Shown piece by piece: positions 1 through 9,270 of a stretch of DNA of 64,000 nt. The notes under the pieces are model-generated. The model was not told the origin of the DNA. It saw nothing but the letters and a program-made list of their open reading frames with translations, and did no database searches. Source of the stretch: a virus; IMG/VR virus record IMGVR_UViG_3300047994_000054, positions 6,109 to 70,108 of that record, one strand, 5' to 3'. How positions within the stretch are numbered: position 1 is the stretch's first letter; each line of letters begins with the position of its first letter. The translations under genes and the position numbers were made by a program.

Positions 1-1
1 C

Positions 2-793
2 CTCGACCGCCTCGCGTTCCCAGGCAGCGATCACGCTCTCGCGCAGCCGAGCCATCTCCGGGATCGGCATGACCTCGAGGTTGCAGCCGGTCAGCGTGCG
101 CACGAACTCCTGGAGTGCGAACAGCTCGGACTCACGCGAGCGGTGCACGAAGTACACGCCGTCTTTCATCTTGATGGCGTTGAGGAACAGCAGGTACTCG
201 CGCACGCACTTGCGCACCCGGTCGCCATCGACGAAGTCGTGCAGCCGGTCGAACTCGGCGTACCAGAGCTTGATGAGCTCCTCGATGTGCTTCTGCTCGC
301 CGGGCTGGATCTTCGTGGTGTCGACGGACGCGCGTAGCCGGTGACTGTTGCGCTCGATCTTGCGCGTCACCTTGTCGGGCTTGCCCTTGGAGAAGTCCAG
401 GTTGACGATCGGCTGGTAGGACAGCCGGCGCTGCTGCGAGTCGCGCACCTCGCGGACCATCTGCCGGTAGACGGTGTCACCGTTGCGGGACACCTCCCGC
501 ACGGCCATGACCTCGCCGACCGTGGGACCGATGCCGAGCACGGGATTGCCGGCGTGGATGGTGTAGGGCTTGGCGATGCCGACGATCCGGCTACACGCCT
601 TCTCGTACGCCGAGAATGCCGTCGTCTCCTGCGGCAGCACCGCACTGTCGAGCATCAGCCGGTCGAACGTCTTGGTCATGTCGTCGAGGTTGTGCGGCTG
701 GTCGGAGATGGTGAACCACACGATGTGGCCCAGGACCGCGTCGTCGGGCAGGGTGCCCTGACTGTCGAGGATCTTCCGAACGTCAGACTTCAT
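2..793 (-). CDS. DUF6744-like protein (runs off window)
   Basis: Not in ORF track. ATG at 793 with GGAGG SD; reads MKSDVRKILDSQGTLPDDAVLGHIVWFTISD...NAIKMKDGVYFV. This style of protein often sits beside MoxR/VWA pairs. Confidence 0.6.
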   Translation of the reverse strand, partial: MKSDVRKILDSQGTLPDDAVLGHIVWFTISDQPHNLDDMTKTFDRLMLDSAVLPQETTAFSAYEKACSRIVGIAKPYTIHAGNPVLGIGPTVGEVMAVREVSRNGDTVYRQMVREVRDSQQRRLSYQPIVNLDFSKGKPDKVTRKIERNSHRLRASVDTTKIQPGEQKHIEELIKLWYAEFDRLHDFVDGDRVRKCVREYLLFLNAIKMKDGVYFVHRSRESELFALQEFVRTLTGCNLEVMPIPEMARLRESVIAAWEREAVE

Positions 794-840
794 GTCGCCT
801 CCTCTCGTTGAGGGACTGTGTTTCGCGGGTGTTGTGAACT

Positions 841-856
841 GTGTACGATCGTACAC
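841..856. promoter_or_regulatory. Perfect 16 bp palindrome GTGTACGATCGTACAC (operator overlapping a -10-like TACGAT)
   Basis: Intergenic; related copies at 5995, 9695 and 17855. Confidence 0.6.
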
Positions 857-859
857 GAT

Positions 860-1009
860 CTAGGGTGCGTGCGCCTCTAGCCAGGTATCCGCCTCCTCAA
901 GGCTGGCGAACTTCGGCGGACGCGGGCGGCCCAGCGCAGCTCGATAGGCATCGAGCTCCTCCTGGGTTAGCCAGTGCAGGTCAATCGCGGGAATCAGGGT
1001 GTCGGCCAT
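860..1009 (-). CDS. Small hypothetical protein (49 aa)
   Basis: MADTLIPAIDLHWLTQEELDAYRAALG...; ATG abuts the VWA stop codon. Confidence 0.55.
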   Translation of the reverse strand: MADTLIPAIDLHWLTQEELDAYRAALGRPRPPKFASLEEADTWLEAHAP

Positions 1010-2623
1010 TCACACGGTGCGGAACAGGTCCGCCATCGACTGGGGGTCGGACTCCAGCATGTCGGTGATCGAACGGACGTTGTCGCTCACGGACTCAAGC
1101 GCGCCGCCGTACGAGCAGCCGATCGCGATGCCGAAGCAGCGGATGCTGGTCTTGTCCTTCACGCGGTTCCACTCGTGCATGAAGTCCTCGTCCATCGACC
1201 CGTACTCGTCATCGGTCATGAACACGACGTCTGCCTTGCCCTTGCTGGAGTTGTCGTAGGACTCCTCGATCAGCTTGAGTGCAGCGCGCAGCGGCTCCTC
1301 ATAGGAGGTGCCACCACCGTAGAAGTGCTCGGTCATGGTGAGCACGCCGTCGAGCGTCGTCTCGCCCTTGAGGAACGACTGCGTCCATACCTGCCGGCTG
1401 GACGAGAAGCCGATGTAGTGGAAGTCGCGACCGCGCTGGCGAGCCTGGTCGCACATGGCCAGCGCCAGAGCCTTGGACCACGCCTCGCGTGAACCGCCCA
1501 TGACGTCCTCGCAGCCCATCGAGCCGGACTCATCGACGACGCAGACAACCGGACCCTGGCCGAGGTTCTCCTTGCCACGCAGGTCGTAGCAGAGGATCTC
1601 GCGGTTGGCGTAGCGCATCCAGAAGTCAGCCTCGAGCTCGGGACTGGCCAGGTTGATCATCTCGGCCGGGATCATGCGCGTCAGGTCGTCGTCGAGCTTC
1701 ACGCCCACCACCTCGTCGGTGGCGTGCATGATGCGCTTGCGGGACTCAGCCTGCTGGATCATCTTGAACTGGCCCAGCAGCTTGTAGAACTTCGAGAGCC
1801 GGTTGTTGCGCAGCCGCTCGGCCAGCTGGCGACGCTCCTCGAAGTCCATCCGCTGGAGCGCGCCGTCCTCCATGCCGAACGCCTGACACAGAGCCTGCTC
1901 CTGCTCCAGCTCCTCGCCGGCCTGCTTGGCAGCAGTCTTGACGGACTGCTTGACGCCCTGTGCTGCGAGCTCGGCCGCAGCTTGCGCCGCGTTCTGGGCA
2001 GCCTGAGCGGCGCCCTGTGCCTGCTGCGCCTTGTCGAGCGCCTGCTGGAGTGCGCCACCTGCGTTGCCCTGACCGGGATCGCCAGGCTGGCCGTTCGGGT
2101 CCGGTGACGGACCGATCCCGAATCCCTCGATGATCTGCTTGACGTCGTCGTCGGCCTCCTTCGCCTTGTCCTGGGCCTGCTGAGCCTCCTCGGCGCGCTT
2201 CTTGGCCTCGACCATCGCGTCCTGTGCCTGACGCAGCGCCGACTCCATGCCGAGCAGCGCCATCGCGGAGCCGTACTCGTCACCACGGGTGTTGGCACGC
2301 AGCTGGCGGAACTGCGTCGTCTCCGTGAGTTCCTTGATCATCGTGCGGTTGGGCACGTGCGTCGGCTTCATCTCGCGCTCGTCGTGCAGTTGCGGGTCGG
2401 CCTTGAGCAGCGACATGAAGAAGTCCTGCATGAACGGCTCGACGTAGTCGTGCTTGCGCGACAGGTCGGTGATCAGGGTGTTCATGCCCGGCACCTTGTG
2501 CACGACGTCGTCGTAGTACGCCTTGTCGAAGCGGTCGTGGTCGACGACGTACTCCTGTGTCGGCTTGGGGATGTCACCGAGCAGCGACTTGCCGCGCTCG
2601 ATCAGATTGTCGAGGAAACTCAT
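1010..2623 (-). CDS. VWA-domain protein (ViaA/CoxE-like)
   Basis: MIDAS motif VDESGSM, GGTSY, FMTDD; N-terminal coiled coil. Confidence 0.9.
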   Translation of the reverse strand: MSFLDNLIERGKSLLGDIPKPTQEYVVDHDRFDKAYYDDVVHKVPGMNTLITDLSRKHDYVEPFMQDFFMSLLKADPQLHDEREMKPTHVPNRTMIKELTETTQFRQLRANTRGDEYGSAMALLGMESALRQAQDAMVEAKKRAEEAQQAQDKAKEADDDVKQIIEGFGIGPSPDPNGQPGDPGQGNAGGALQQALDKAQQAQGAAQAAQNAAQAAAELAAQGVKQSVKTAAKQAGEELEQEQALCQAFGMEDGALQRMDFEERRQLAERLRNNRLSKFYKLLGQFKMIQQAESRKRIMHATDEVVGVKLDDDLTRMIPAEMINLASPELEADFWMRYANREILCYDLRGKENLGQGPVVCVVDESGSMGCEDVMGGSREAWSKALALAMCDQARQRGRDFHYIGFSSSRQVWTQSFLKGETTLDGVLTMTEHFYGGGTSYEEPLRAALKLIEESYDNSSKGKADVVFMTDDEYGSMDEDFMHEWNRVKDKTSIRCFGIAIGCSYGGALESVSDNVRSITDMLESDPQSMADLFRTV

Positions 2624-2838
2624 GCGTCCCTACCTCTCTCGATGCCTTCACGGACAAGTGCGACGAGCTTCTGCGACTCGGTCACCAGTCGAATCATCCT
2701 GTCGATCTCCAGCGCCTGCTGTGCGCAGATCTTGGTCAACTGCTTGTTCTGCTTGAGCACGTGACGTGTTATCGCGGCGGAGATCAGCATCAGACCGCCG
2801 AGGATGCCGATCTCGAGATAGGCCAGTGCGGTGCTCAT
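2620..2838 (-). CDS. Small membrane protein
   Basis: N-terminal hydrophobic helix; ATGA overlaps on both sides. Confidence 0.65.
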   Translation of the reverse strand: MSTALAYLEIGILGGLMLISAAITRHVLKQNKQLTKICAQQALEIDRMIRLVTESQKLVALVREGIERGRDA

Positions 2839-4064
2839 CGGAGTATCACGTCCTCAGCCGGCATGTCGAGGCAGTCGGTGTAGACGGACGTCCGCACCAC
2901 CATGAGCCGACTGGCGACCTCGTCGAGCCGAGCGGTCGAACGACCTGCGGCCTTGCACTCCTGCATCGCCTGGGCGAGCTCGGAGACCAGCACCTTGAGC
3001 TTCTGGTTAGCCTCGGATCCGTACGAGGCCCGAACCTCGAGCGACTGACCCTTACGGTCCCGGATGTTACGTGCGATGTCATCGGCCGTATCCAGGATCG
3101 CCATCGCCTTCTCGGCGACCGGGTTGGACAGCGACAGTGTGATGCGCTCGACCGCCGTGATCTGGGTCGGAACCTCCCAGAGGCAGTAGCGCAGCACGTG
3201 CAGGTCGTCCTCCTTGACCTCGGTGCGGCCGGCGAAGAACGCGCTCGCCTGGAGCATCCGCACGCAGGTGCGCCAGCGTCGGTCGGACACTGTGATCTCG
3301 GCGTCGGAGCGGAGCGTGTCGCGCAGCTTCATCATGGCCTCGATCGCGTCCACCGGGACGTCGATGGCGGGCACGACGTTGTCGATGACGTCCTGGAGGT
3401 CCAGGAACGGGATCGTGGTCTTGTGCGCGGTCAGCCGCAGGTCGTTGGTGCTGATGGCGGACTGGAGCAGCGCCGCGAAGTTGCCGGACTCCTGGATGTA
3501 CTCGACGAGCACACGCACGAGCAGCCGGTCCCACAGCGCCGCAGCGTCCTCGGACTCCTCGACGATGAGCTCGTTGCTGGCAGCGAACGCGGTGTAGAGC
3601 GGCACGTGCTTGGCGGTGCGACCACCGTTGACCTCGTGGTAGAGCCGCTCATTCAGGATCGCGAGCATGTCGTGACCGAGCGTGGGCGACATCTTGCCGA
3701 TCTCGTCCAGGAACGCGAAGTTGGCGGTCGGCAGGAAGCCGTTGATCTTGCGGTGAAAGTCACCCTTGTCCCGCAGCTCGGGCAGGTTGTAGGGACCGAG
3801 GATCGCGGCGTCGGGCCGCGTCTTGGACATGATGGTCTCGAAGTACGTGGCACCGTCGAAGCGACCGACGATCTCGCGGATCATGTCCGACTTGCCGGTG
3901 CCGGGCTGGCCCAGACCGAACCAGTGCTGCTTGGCGAGCACGGCGATCAGCGCGGACTCGATGGCGGACCTGCGCTCCAAGAAGATGCTGGAGACTTCGT
4001 CGAGCACCGAGTTGAGTGCGATGGAGACCGGGTGAGCGGTCGGCGGGAGAGCAGTAACGGTCAT
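2835..4064 (-). CDS. MoxR/RavA-family AAA+ ATPase
   Basis: Walker A GQPGTGKS, Walker B FLDEIGK, ASNE, ALWDR, SDRRW; start ATG 4064 (MTVTALPP). Confidence 0.9.
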   Translation of the reverse strand: MTVTALPPTAHPVSIALNSVLDEVSSIFLERRSAIESALIAVLAKQHWFGLGQPGTGKSDMIREIVGRFDGATYFETIMSKTRPDAAILGPYNLPELRDKGDFHRKINGFLPTANFAFLDEIGKMSPTLGHDMLAILNERLYHEVNGGRTAKHVPLYTAFAASNELIVEESEDAAALWDRLLVRVLVEYIQESGNFAALLQSAISTNDLRLTAHKTTIPFLDLQDVIDNVVPAIDVPVDAIEAMMKLRDTLRSDAEITVSDRRWRTCVRMLQASAFFAGRTEVKEDDLHVLRYCLWEVPTQITAVERITLSLSNPVAEKAMAILDTADDIARNIRDRKGQSLEVRASYGSEANQKLKVLVSELAQAMQECKAAGRSTARLDEVASRLMVVRTSVYTDCLDMPAEDVILR

Positions 4065-4092
4065 GGGCGGCAGCCCCTCTCGTTGAGGTGGT

Positions 4093-4108
4093 GCGAACGA
4101 ACGTTCGC
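4093..4108. promoter_or_regulatory. SOS-box-like site GCGAAC-GAAC-GTTCGC
   Basis: Matches the Gram-positive LexA box CGAAC-N4-GTTCG, upstream of the ATPase. Confidence 0.45.
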
Positions 4109-4114
4109 GGGTGG

Positions 4115-5020
4115 TCAGGATCTCGGGACGCTGTCGAGCTGGCTCAGTCTGGCATCCAGCACCGACACGTCTGTACGCAGGCCCTTGTAGCTCGGGTGCC
4201 TGAGCGCGCCTTCCTTCGTGACGTTGAGGATCTCGATCTCGCACACGACGGGTCGGCCGGCGTCGAGCTCGGCCTTGAGCTCGAGACGGGTCTTGTCGGT
4301 GAATCCGGTGCCGACGACGCCGACCCGGACGGGCCTGTTCTGGTCGTCGAGCATGGTGAGGTGCATCCGGCCGAAGTGCGCGGCCTTTCCGCTACCGAGG
4401 TCGTAGCCGGTGCCGATGCACGTGATGCTGGTCTTGCCCTTGTACTTCTGCCAGTCGTGCTGGCGTCCTGCGCGGTACGGGCTCGATTTGCGCTTGGCGA
4501 TCACTCCTTCCATGCCCAGGTCAACGACCTGCTGGTAGAACGTGGGGTCGTCTGACCACACGCTGGTGTCGAGGTGCTGGAACGGCTTGAGCGCGCCGAC
4601 GGAACTGTCCAGAAACTGCCGGCGCTCCGCCCACGGGTAGCGCTGAATGTCCTGGCCTGCGATCGACAGGACGTCGAACGCGACGTAGGCGACCGGGTAG
4701 TCCTTGAGGTGACGCGCGACGTCGTGCGGCTTGTTCTGCTTGTCGCGTCGTGCGGTGTCCTGGAACGAACCGCTCTTGGCCACGACCTCGCCATCGAGCA
4801 CGCACGGCGTCGGCAGCGTCTCGAGATCGCGGACGACCTCAGGGAAGCGGTGCGTGACGTTCACGCCGTTGCGGTTGATGAGGGTCACGTTGCCGCCGGT
4901 CTCGACGTAGGCGAGCACGCGCACGCCATCCAGCTTGGTGTCGTAGATCCAGGTGGGACCGAGATCGTTGATCGGTTGCGCGGGCGGCTTGGCGAGCATC
5001 GGCTTGATCAGGTCCACCAT
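4115..5020 (-). CDS. ATP-dependent DNA ligase (LigD/LigC-type core)
   Basis: KLDG, LDGEVV, AFDVL, EGVIAK, WQKYK, LRHPSY motifs. Confidence 0.93.
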   Translation of the reverse strand: MVDLIKPMLAKPPAQPINDLGPTWIYDTKLDGVRVLAYVETGGNVTLINRNGVNVTHRFPEVVRDLETLPTPCVLDGEVVAKSGSFQDTARRDKQNKPHDVARHLKDYPVAYVAFDVLSIAGQDIQRYPWAERRQFLDSSVGALKPFQHLDTSVWSDDPTFYQQVVDLGMEGVIAKRKSSPYRAGRQHDWQKYKGKTSITCIGTGYDLGSGKAAHFGRMHLTMLDDQNRPVRVGVVGTGFTDKTRLELKAELDAGRPVVCEIEILNVTKEGALRHPSYKGLRTDVSVLDARLSQLDSVPRS

Positions 5021-5118
5021 TCATCACCTCCTTCGTCCTTGTCGTCGTCGAACGGCTCACTGGCGAGCGCCTCGTCCAGCCGCCACTGTGCGTACTCCTC
5101 CGCGAGTTCGTCGGTCAT
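5008..5118 (-). CDS. Acidic micro-protein (36 aa)
   Basis: MTDELAEEYAQWRLDEALASEPFDDDKDEGGDEWWT, between Ku and ligase. Confidence 0.4.
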   Translation of the reverse strand: MTDELAEEYAQWRLDEALASEPFDDDKDEGGDEWWT

Positions 5119-5155
5119 ACTCCGAGAGGCTCCTGGTAGCCGGTCACGGTCACGT

Positions 5156-5959
5156 TCACGCGAGCAGCTCGTCGAGCAGATTGCCCAGGTCGACAGCGGT
5201 TCCGACCTTCGCAGCGGGCGTCGACTTGGTGCGCTCGATCTCGACGCCCTCGACCGACTCCTTGCTGGCCAGCAGGTTCACCAGCGCCTCGCGGTAGGTG
5301 TTGCGGTAGGCATCGGCGTCGAATGGTTCGGTGGTCTTGGCGGCGAGCGCGTCGACCTTCGCCTGATACTCGGGCGCCGGCTCGATGACGTTGACGTTCG
5401 GCGTGGCCTTGACGTCCTCCGGCCACGCCAGCGGCTCCAGCGTGAGCACGCCGTCGAACGTCGACAGCCGGTAGAGACCGGGCTTCGTACGTGGTGAGTA
5501 GACGACGAGCGCAGCGAGCTCGGGATGACGCGTGAGCATGTCCACGATCAGCCCGTACTTGCCCAGCTGCGCTGCACTCGCAGGCTCCAGGTAGTACGTC
5601 GAGCGGTCCTTGCCCGGCAGCGTCGCGCTCTCGACCTCGGCAGCGACGTGCACGGTGGCAGCGAGCATCTGGCCGGTGACCTCCAGCGTCGCATCCTGCG
5701 CCGACCTCACCTCGTCAGTGGTGACGATCGTGTATGACGTGCCCTGCTTGCTGGCCTTCTGGAGGTACGAGTACTCAACGTCGGATGCGCACGACTCGCA
5801 GTAGCGCTTCATGCGGATGGGCGTCGGTGCGTGGATGTTGCTGTGCTCGTCGCCGCAGCAGACAGTGACGAGATCCTCGTCGGTCTTGCCCTGGGCGGTC
5901 GTCAGGTTCACGGTGCACGCAAGTCCTGAGACTTGGAGCACGAGATTCTTGGTAGCCAT
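5156..5959 (-). CDS. ku: Ku-like DNA end-binding protein
   Basis: GLACTVNLTTA, PIRMKRYCESC, YTIVTTDEV, YYLEP, L.WPEDV follow the prokaryotic Ku core; AAGGAG SD. Confidence 0.8.
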   Translation of the reverse strand: MATKNLVLQVSGLACTVNLTTAQGKTDEDLVTVCCGDEHSNIHAPTPIRMKRYCESCASDVEYSYLQKASKQGTSYTIVTTDEVRSAQDATLEVTGQMLAATVHVAAEVESATLPGKDRSTYYLEPASAAQLGKYGLIVDMLTRHPELAALVVYSPRTKPGLYRLSTFDGVLTLEPLAWPEDVKATPNVNVIEPAPEYQAKVDALAAKTTEPFDADAYRNTYREALVNLLASKESVEGVEIERTKSTPAAKVGTAVDLGNLLDELLA

Positions 5960-5994
5960 GCTTGATCACTCCTTCGCGGGTGAGTGTGTTGCTC

Positions 5995-6010
5995 GTGGAC
6001 AATCGTACAC
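5995..6010. promoter_or_regulatory. Operator copy GTGGACAATCGTACAC
   Basis: 2 mismatches to the 841 palindrome; exact reverse complement of 17855-17870. Confidence 0.6.
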
Positions 6011-6017
6011 GAGAGAA

Positions 6018-6380
6018 CTAGCGGGCGGCGTCGATCAGCGACCGGATGATGCCGAAGCGATCCGGGTCGTCGTTCCGCAACCTGGAGGTGTCCTCTTGCG
6101 TCAGGAGCTTGGTCCAGTCCGTGACGACGCAGAGCATCTCTGCCAGGTTGATGGCAGCCTCACGGTCGCGACACCACAGCGTGATGGCGGCATGTCCGGC
6201 CGGGTCCATCGTCGGATCGGGTGCAGCCGAACTGACGGTCCACAGGTGGTCGTCGAATCCGTCACCGATCACGCGCCTGTGCACGTACAGGTCTTCGACC
6301 TTCTCGGCACGGATGCGACGTAGGTGCTTGGTGTCGTCGCGCGTGTTGGAGTACGACTGTCGTACCGGGATGATCGGCAT
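6018..6380 (-). CDS. Hypothetical protein
   Basis: GGAGG SD, packed leftward gene. Confidence 0.65.
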   Translation of the reverse strand: MPIIPVRQSYSNTRDDTKHLRRIRAEKVEDLYVHRRVIGDGFDDHLWTVSSAAPDPTMDPAGHAAITLWCRDREAAINLAEMLCVVTDWTKLLTQEDTSRLRNDDPDRFGIIRSLIDAAR

Positions 6381-6697
6381 GGCTCACCTCCCCAGGCGTG
6401 TCGTGCGTTGCTCCGTGGGAGTTGGCAGCGGTAGCAGTACGGCGCGTCGTCCGCACCCTCGAACGCGTGACCACGGTTCTCGCCGTAGCGAGCCCAGTGC
6501 AGCGCAGCAGCGTTCAGTGCGGTGATGACCTCGTATGCGGTCGCGGTGTCGAGCACGCGCTCGGAGCCGACAACCTCGAGCACCCAGATGAGCCCGCGAC
6601 CGTTGCTGTGGCAGTAGTACAGCGACACCGGCGCACCTATCTCCTTCGCACGCTCCAGCGCGCGGTGGACGTCAACCCTCGTCGTCAAACAGACCAC
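6269..6697 (-). CDS. Hypothetical protein with H-x-F...CxxC...H motif
   Basis: GHAFEGADDAPYCYRCQLPRSNARH; 3' end overlaps the next gene. Confidence 0.55.
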   Translation of the reverse strand: MVCLTTRVDVHRALERAKEIGAPVSLYYCHSNGRGLIWVLEVVGSERVLDTATAYEVITALNAAALHWARYGENRGHAFEGADDAPYCYRCQLPRSNARHAWGGEPCRSSRYDSRTPTRATTPSTYVASVPRRSKTCTCTGA

Positions 6698-6857
6698 CTC
6701 CTTCGTTCTCCTCGTCCGCGATGTCGCGCGCGAATGCGTCGAGGCTGGCTTCGCGGCCCTCAGACGCGATGAAGTGCCGCAGGATGGTGGCGATCGAGTG
6801 GTCGTCCCATCCCTGCGCCTCTGCGATCTCGTCGAAGCGTGCAGCGGCGCTCACCAC
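6672..6857 (-). CDS. Small hypothetical protein
   Basis: Packed leftward ORF. Confidence 0.55.
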   Translation of the reverse strand: MVSAAARFDEIAEAQGWDDHSIATILRHFIASEGREASLDAFARDIADEENEGGGLFDDEG

Positions 6858-7036
6858 GTCACCTCGATTCCCTGCGCGCGTCGCACGAACTTCCGCCAGT
6901 CCTTGTCGAAGATGACGTAGCTCGCGGACCCGTTTACGCCGGTCTCGTCGTGGGTGAAGTCACGCAACTGCATCAGTGCGTCGAGGACGTTGCTCGTGCG
7001 GCAGAGTCCGAGCTTCCTCAGGATCTTGTCGATCAT
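6851..7036 (-). CDS. Small hypothetical protein
   Basis: MIDKILRKLG...; ATGA overlap. Confidence 0.55.
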   Translation of the reverse strand: MIDKILRKLGLCRTSNVLDALMQLRDFTHDETGVNGSASYVIFDKDWRKFVRRAQGIEVTW

Positions 7037-7224
7037 GAGCACTGCACCTGGCCGGCGACGAAGTAGCACGTGCCCGGCGTCACGGGCGCGTAGGTCGGCG
7101 TCGTGTTGTCCGGCCCGTCGACCTGATTGGCCGCACGGCTCGCGTGCAGTGCGATCTGGGCGATCAGGAACACGCCACCGATCACGAGCAGCACCGCGAC
7201 CACGACTCGCATCTCTCTCGTCAT
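7033..7224 (-). CDS. Small membrane/secreted protein
   Basis: Hydrophobic N-terminus; ATGA overlaps; AAGGAGG SD. Confidence 0.6.
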   Translation of the reverse strand: MTREMRVVVAVLLVIGGVFLIAQIALHASRAANQVDGPDNTTPTYAPVTPGTCYFVAGQVQCS

Positions 7225-7394
7225 GCTGGTACCTCCTTCACGAACTCGGCCGCGTGAGTCCTGAAACCCTCGGGCATCGGAGCGTCGAGCAACGCCTGCT
7301 CGATCGCGCGTGCCGCAGCGATCACGGCCTCGTCGTAGCTGTCGGTCGTCGTCGGACCCTTGATCTCGACGCGGTAGATGTGAACGGACGACAT
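7221..7394 (-). CDS. Small hypothetical protein
   Basis: MSSVHIYRVEIKG with AGGAGG SD; may extend to 7481. Confidence 0.55.
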   Translation of the reverse strand: MSSVHIYRVEIKGPTTTDSYDEAVIAAARAIEQALLDAPMPEGFRTHAAEFVKEVPA

Positions 7395-7623
7395 CTGTGC
7401 CTCCTGTCGTGGTCGTTGCAGCGCGAGTGCGGCGTTTATGCGCGCGTCGTACTGCGCGTACTTCGCGCGCGTGCTCGTCATGCGCACTGTCCGCACGCGG
7501 TGAAACCAGGCCGTGGCGCCCGCACGCCGCACATGCCGCAGACGGTCGGCGCTGGGTCGTCGAGGCTGTCCTCGAGGCTGTCTTCGTCGTCGTTGCGTTC
7601 GTCGTCGTTGCGACCGCGCGTGC

Positions 7624-8010
7624 TCACTGGCCGTCGCCCTGCTCGTCGTCGTTGCGGTCGAGCATCTGGTCGATCGCGTGCTCCATGCCGCTCGTGATCA
7701 TGTAGTCCACCAGGTGCTGCTCGCACGCTGGCCACCCGTGCACATACTCGGAGCCCGTGAGCAGCGCGTGCAGGAAAGCCGACTCGACCGGGTCGCCCTG
7801 CTCGTCGCACTTCACCGTCACGTAGTGGAACGTGCCGTCGAGCATCACAACGATGAAGTCGTGCGGTCGCGTGTGGTTCGCGGCGATCGCCACGTCGGTC
7901 GACATTCCGGGCGACGCCAGCACGCTCGTGAGCGCGTCGATCGTCTCCTGGGCAAGACCCTGCACTCGTGCTCTCTCGAGGATCTCCTCGACATACGCGC
8001 TGTCGTTCAT
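7624..8010 (-). CDS. Hypothetical protein
   Basis: Globular-looking acidic ORF. Confidence 0.6.
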   Translation of the reverse strand: MNDSAYVEEILERARVQGLAQETIDALTSVLASPGMSTDVAIAANHTRPHDFIVVMLDGTFHYVTVKCDEQGDPVESAFLHALLTGSEYVHGWPACEQHLVDYMITSGMEHAIDQMLDRNDDEQGDGQ

Positions 8011-8164
8011 GCCATCACCGCCTGTCCGTAGTAGGGCCGTACGTGCGCGCCGCGCTCGTAGGCCGGGAAGTAGTAGTTGACGATCACCTGGACGGTCATC
8101 TCAACCCTGATCGGTGGGACTCGCAGGGACTTGAGGCTCGTCATGACGCGCTCATACGCGCGCC

Positions 8165-8521
8165 TCACGACTTCACCTGTACGGCGTGGATCTCGATCGG
8201 CTCGAGCATGTCGTCGCTCGTCCAGTACCAGTCGTACTCAGCCTCGGCCGGCGCGGGTCGTACCTGCCGGTGCTTGATGCGCGATGCGCCGTCGTCGTTC
8301 ACCGCGATGCGCACGAGCACGCCGCTCGTGGTCTGCACGCGACCTTCCCAGCAGAGCCCGAACGCGCTCGTCACGGCGCGCTTGATGCCGAGGACGCTCG
8401 CTGTCGTCCACGTGCCGGTCGTCGGGTCCTGGACCTCGACCAGGTCGCCGTCGATGTACGGCGCGGTGATCGCTCCGGTGCTCGTCATGTTGGGCATCTG
8501 GGGTCCGCGTGTGGTGGTCAT
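8165..8521 (-). CDS. Hypothetical protein (possible SH3/Tudor-like fold)
   Basis: YIDGDLVEVQDP..GTW...SV; AAGGAGG SD. Confidence 0.6.
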   Translation of the reverse strand: MTTTRGPQMPNMTSTGAITAPYIDGDLVEVQDPTTGTWTTASVLGIKRAVTSAFGLCWEGRVQTTSGVLVRIAVNDDGASRIKHRQVRPAPAEAEYDWYWTSDDMLEPIEIHAVQVKS

Positions 8522-8669
8522 CGCTGGCCCTCCTTGGGCTCGTTCTTCGCGGGTGTGGTGGGGATGACGCGCACGTGACTCGCCTGCGCTCGTTCACGTG
8601 CCAATCGCGCGTTACGCGCGGCGGTCTGCTTGCTCGCGCGCTTCCAGGCGCGGCGCAGCTGGCCGGGGC

Positions 8670-8825
8670 TCATGCGCTCGTCCGAACGGACTTGCGCGCG
8701 TTGCGACGCGACTCGTGTCGTGCCTTGTCCAGCTCACGCGTGACGCGCTGCTCGTACGTGAGGCTCGCCTGGCGCTTGATGCGGACGAACGTCTCGGGCT
8801 CGTCCTGCTCGCGGGTCTTGTGCAT
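8670..8825 (-). CDS. Small basic protein
   Basis: MHKTREQDEP... with AGGAG SD. Confidence 0.5.
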   Translation of the reverse strand: MHKTREQDEPETFVRIKRQASLTYEQRVTRELDKARHESRRNARKSVRTSA

Positions 8826-8922
8826 GGTTGTCTCCTGGGACTGGCGAACGCTCGTTGCGCTCGCTCGCGGACGCCTGGGACTCGCACCCAGGTGTGTGCT
8901 GCTCGTCCGTCTCGTGCTGGTG

Positions 8923-9234
8923 CTACTCGGTCTTCGCGGGGATCGTGGCGATCTCGCGCACGAGGATCGACACGCGGTAGCCGTCGCTCGTGTCGGCCGA
9001 CACGCTCCAGCCGGTCGCGCCGCTCGTGAACACGCGCGGGTCGCCGAACTGCTCGCGGATGACCTTGACGAGGTTCGTGCAGAACGCGCTCGTCTTCGCG
9101 CGCAGCGCCTTGTTGGCCTCGCGCTGGGCCTTGTTCGCCTCGCGCTCGGCCTTCTTGCGCTCGGCCACCTGCGCGAGCAGGGCCTCGAGCACCTGCGGGT
9201 CGATGGTGTCGAGCGTGATAGTCGTGTCGGACAT
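8923..9234 (-). CDS. Hypothetical protein, first leftward gene
   Basis: GGGAGA SD, coiled-coil segment. Confidence 0.65.
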   Translation of the reverse strand: MSDTTITLDTIDPQVLEALLAQVAERKKAEREANKAQREANKALRAKTSAFCTNLVKVIREQFGDPRVFTSGATGWSVSADTSDGYRVSILVREIATIPAKTE

Positions 9235-9270
9235 GGATTCTCCCTTGTGTGTGAGGCGGTCGCCCGTTGC

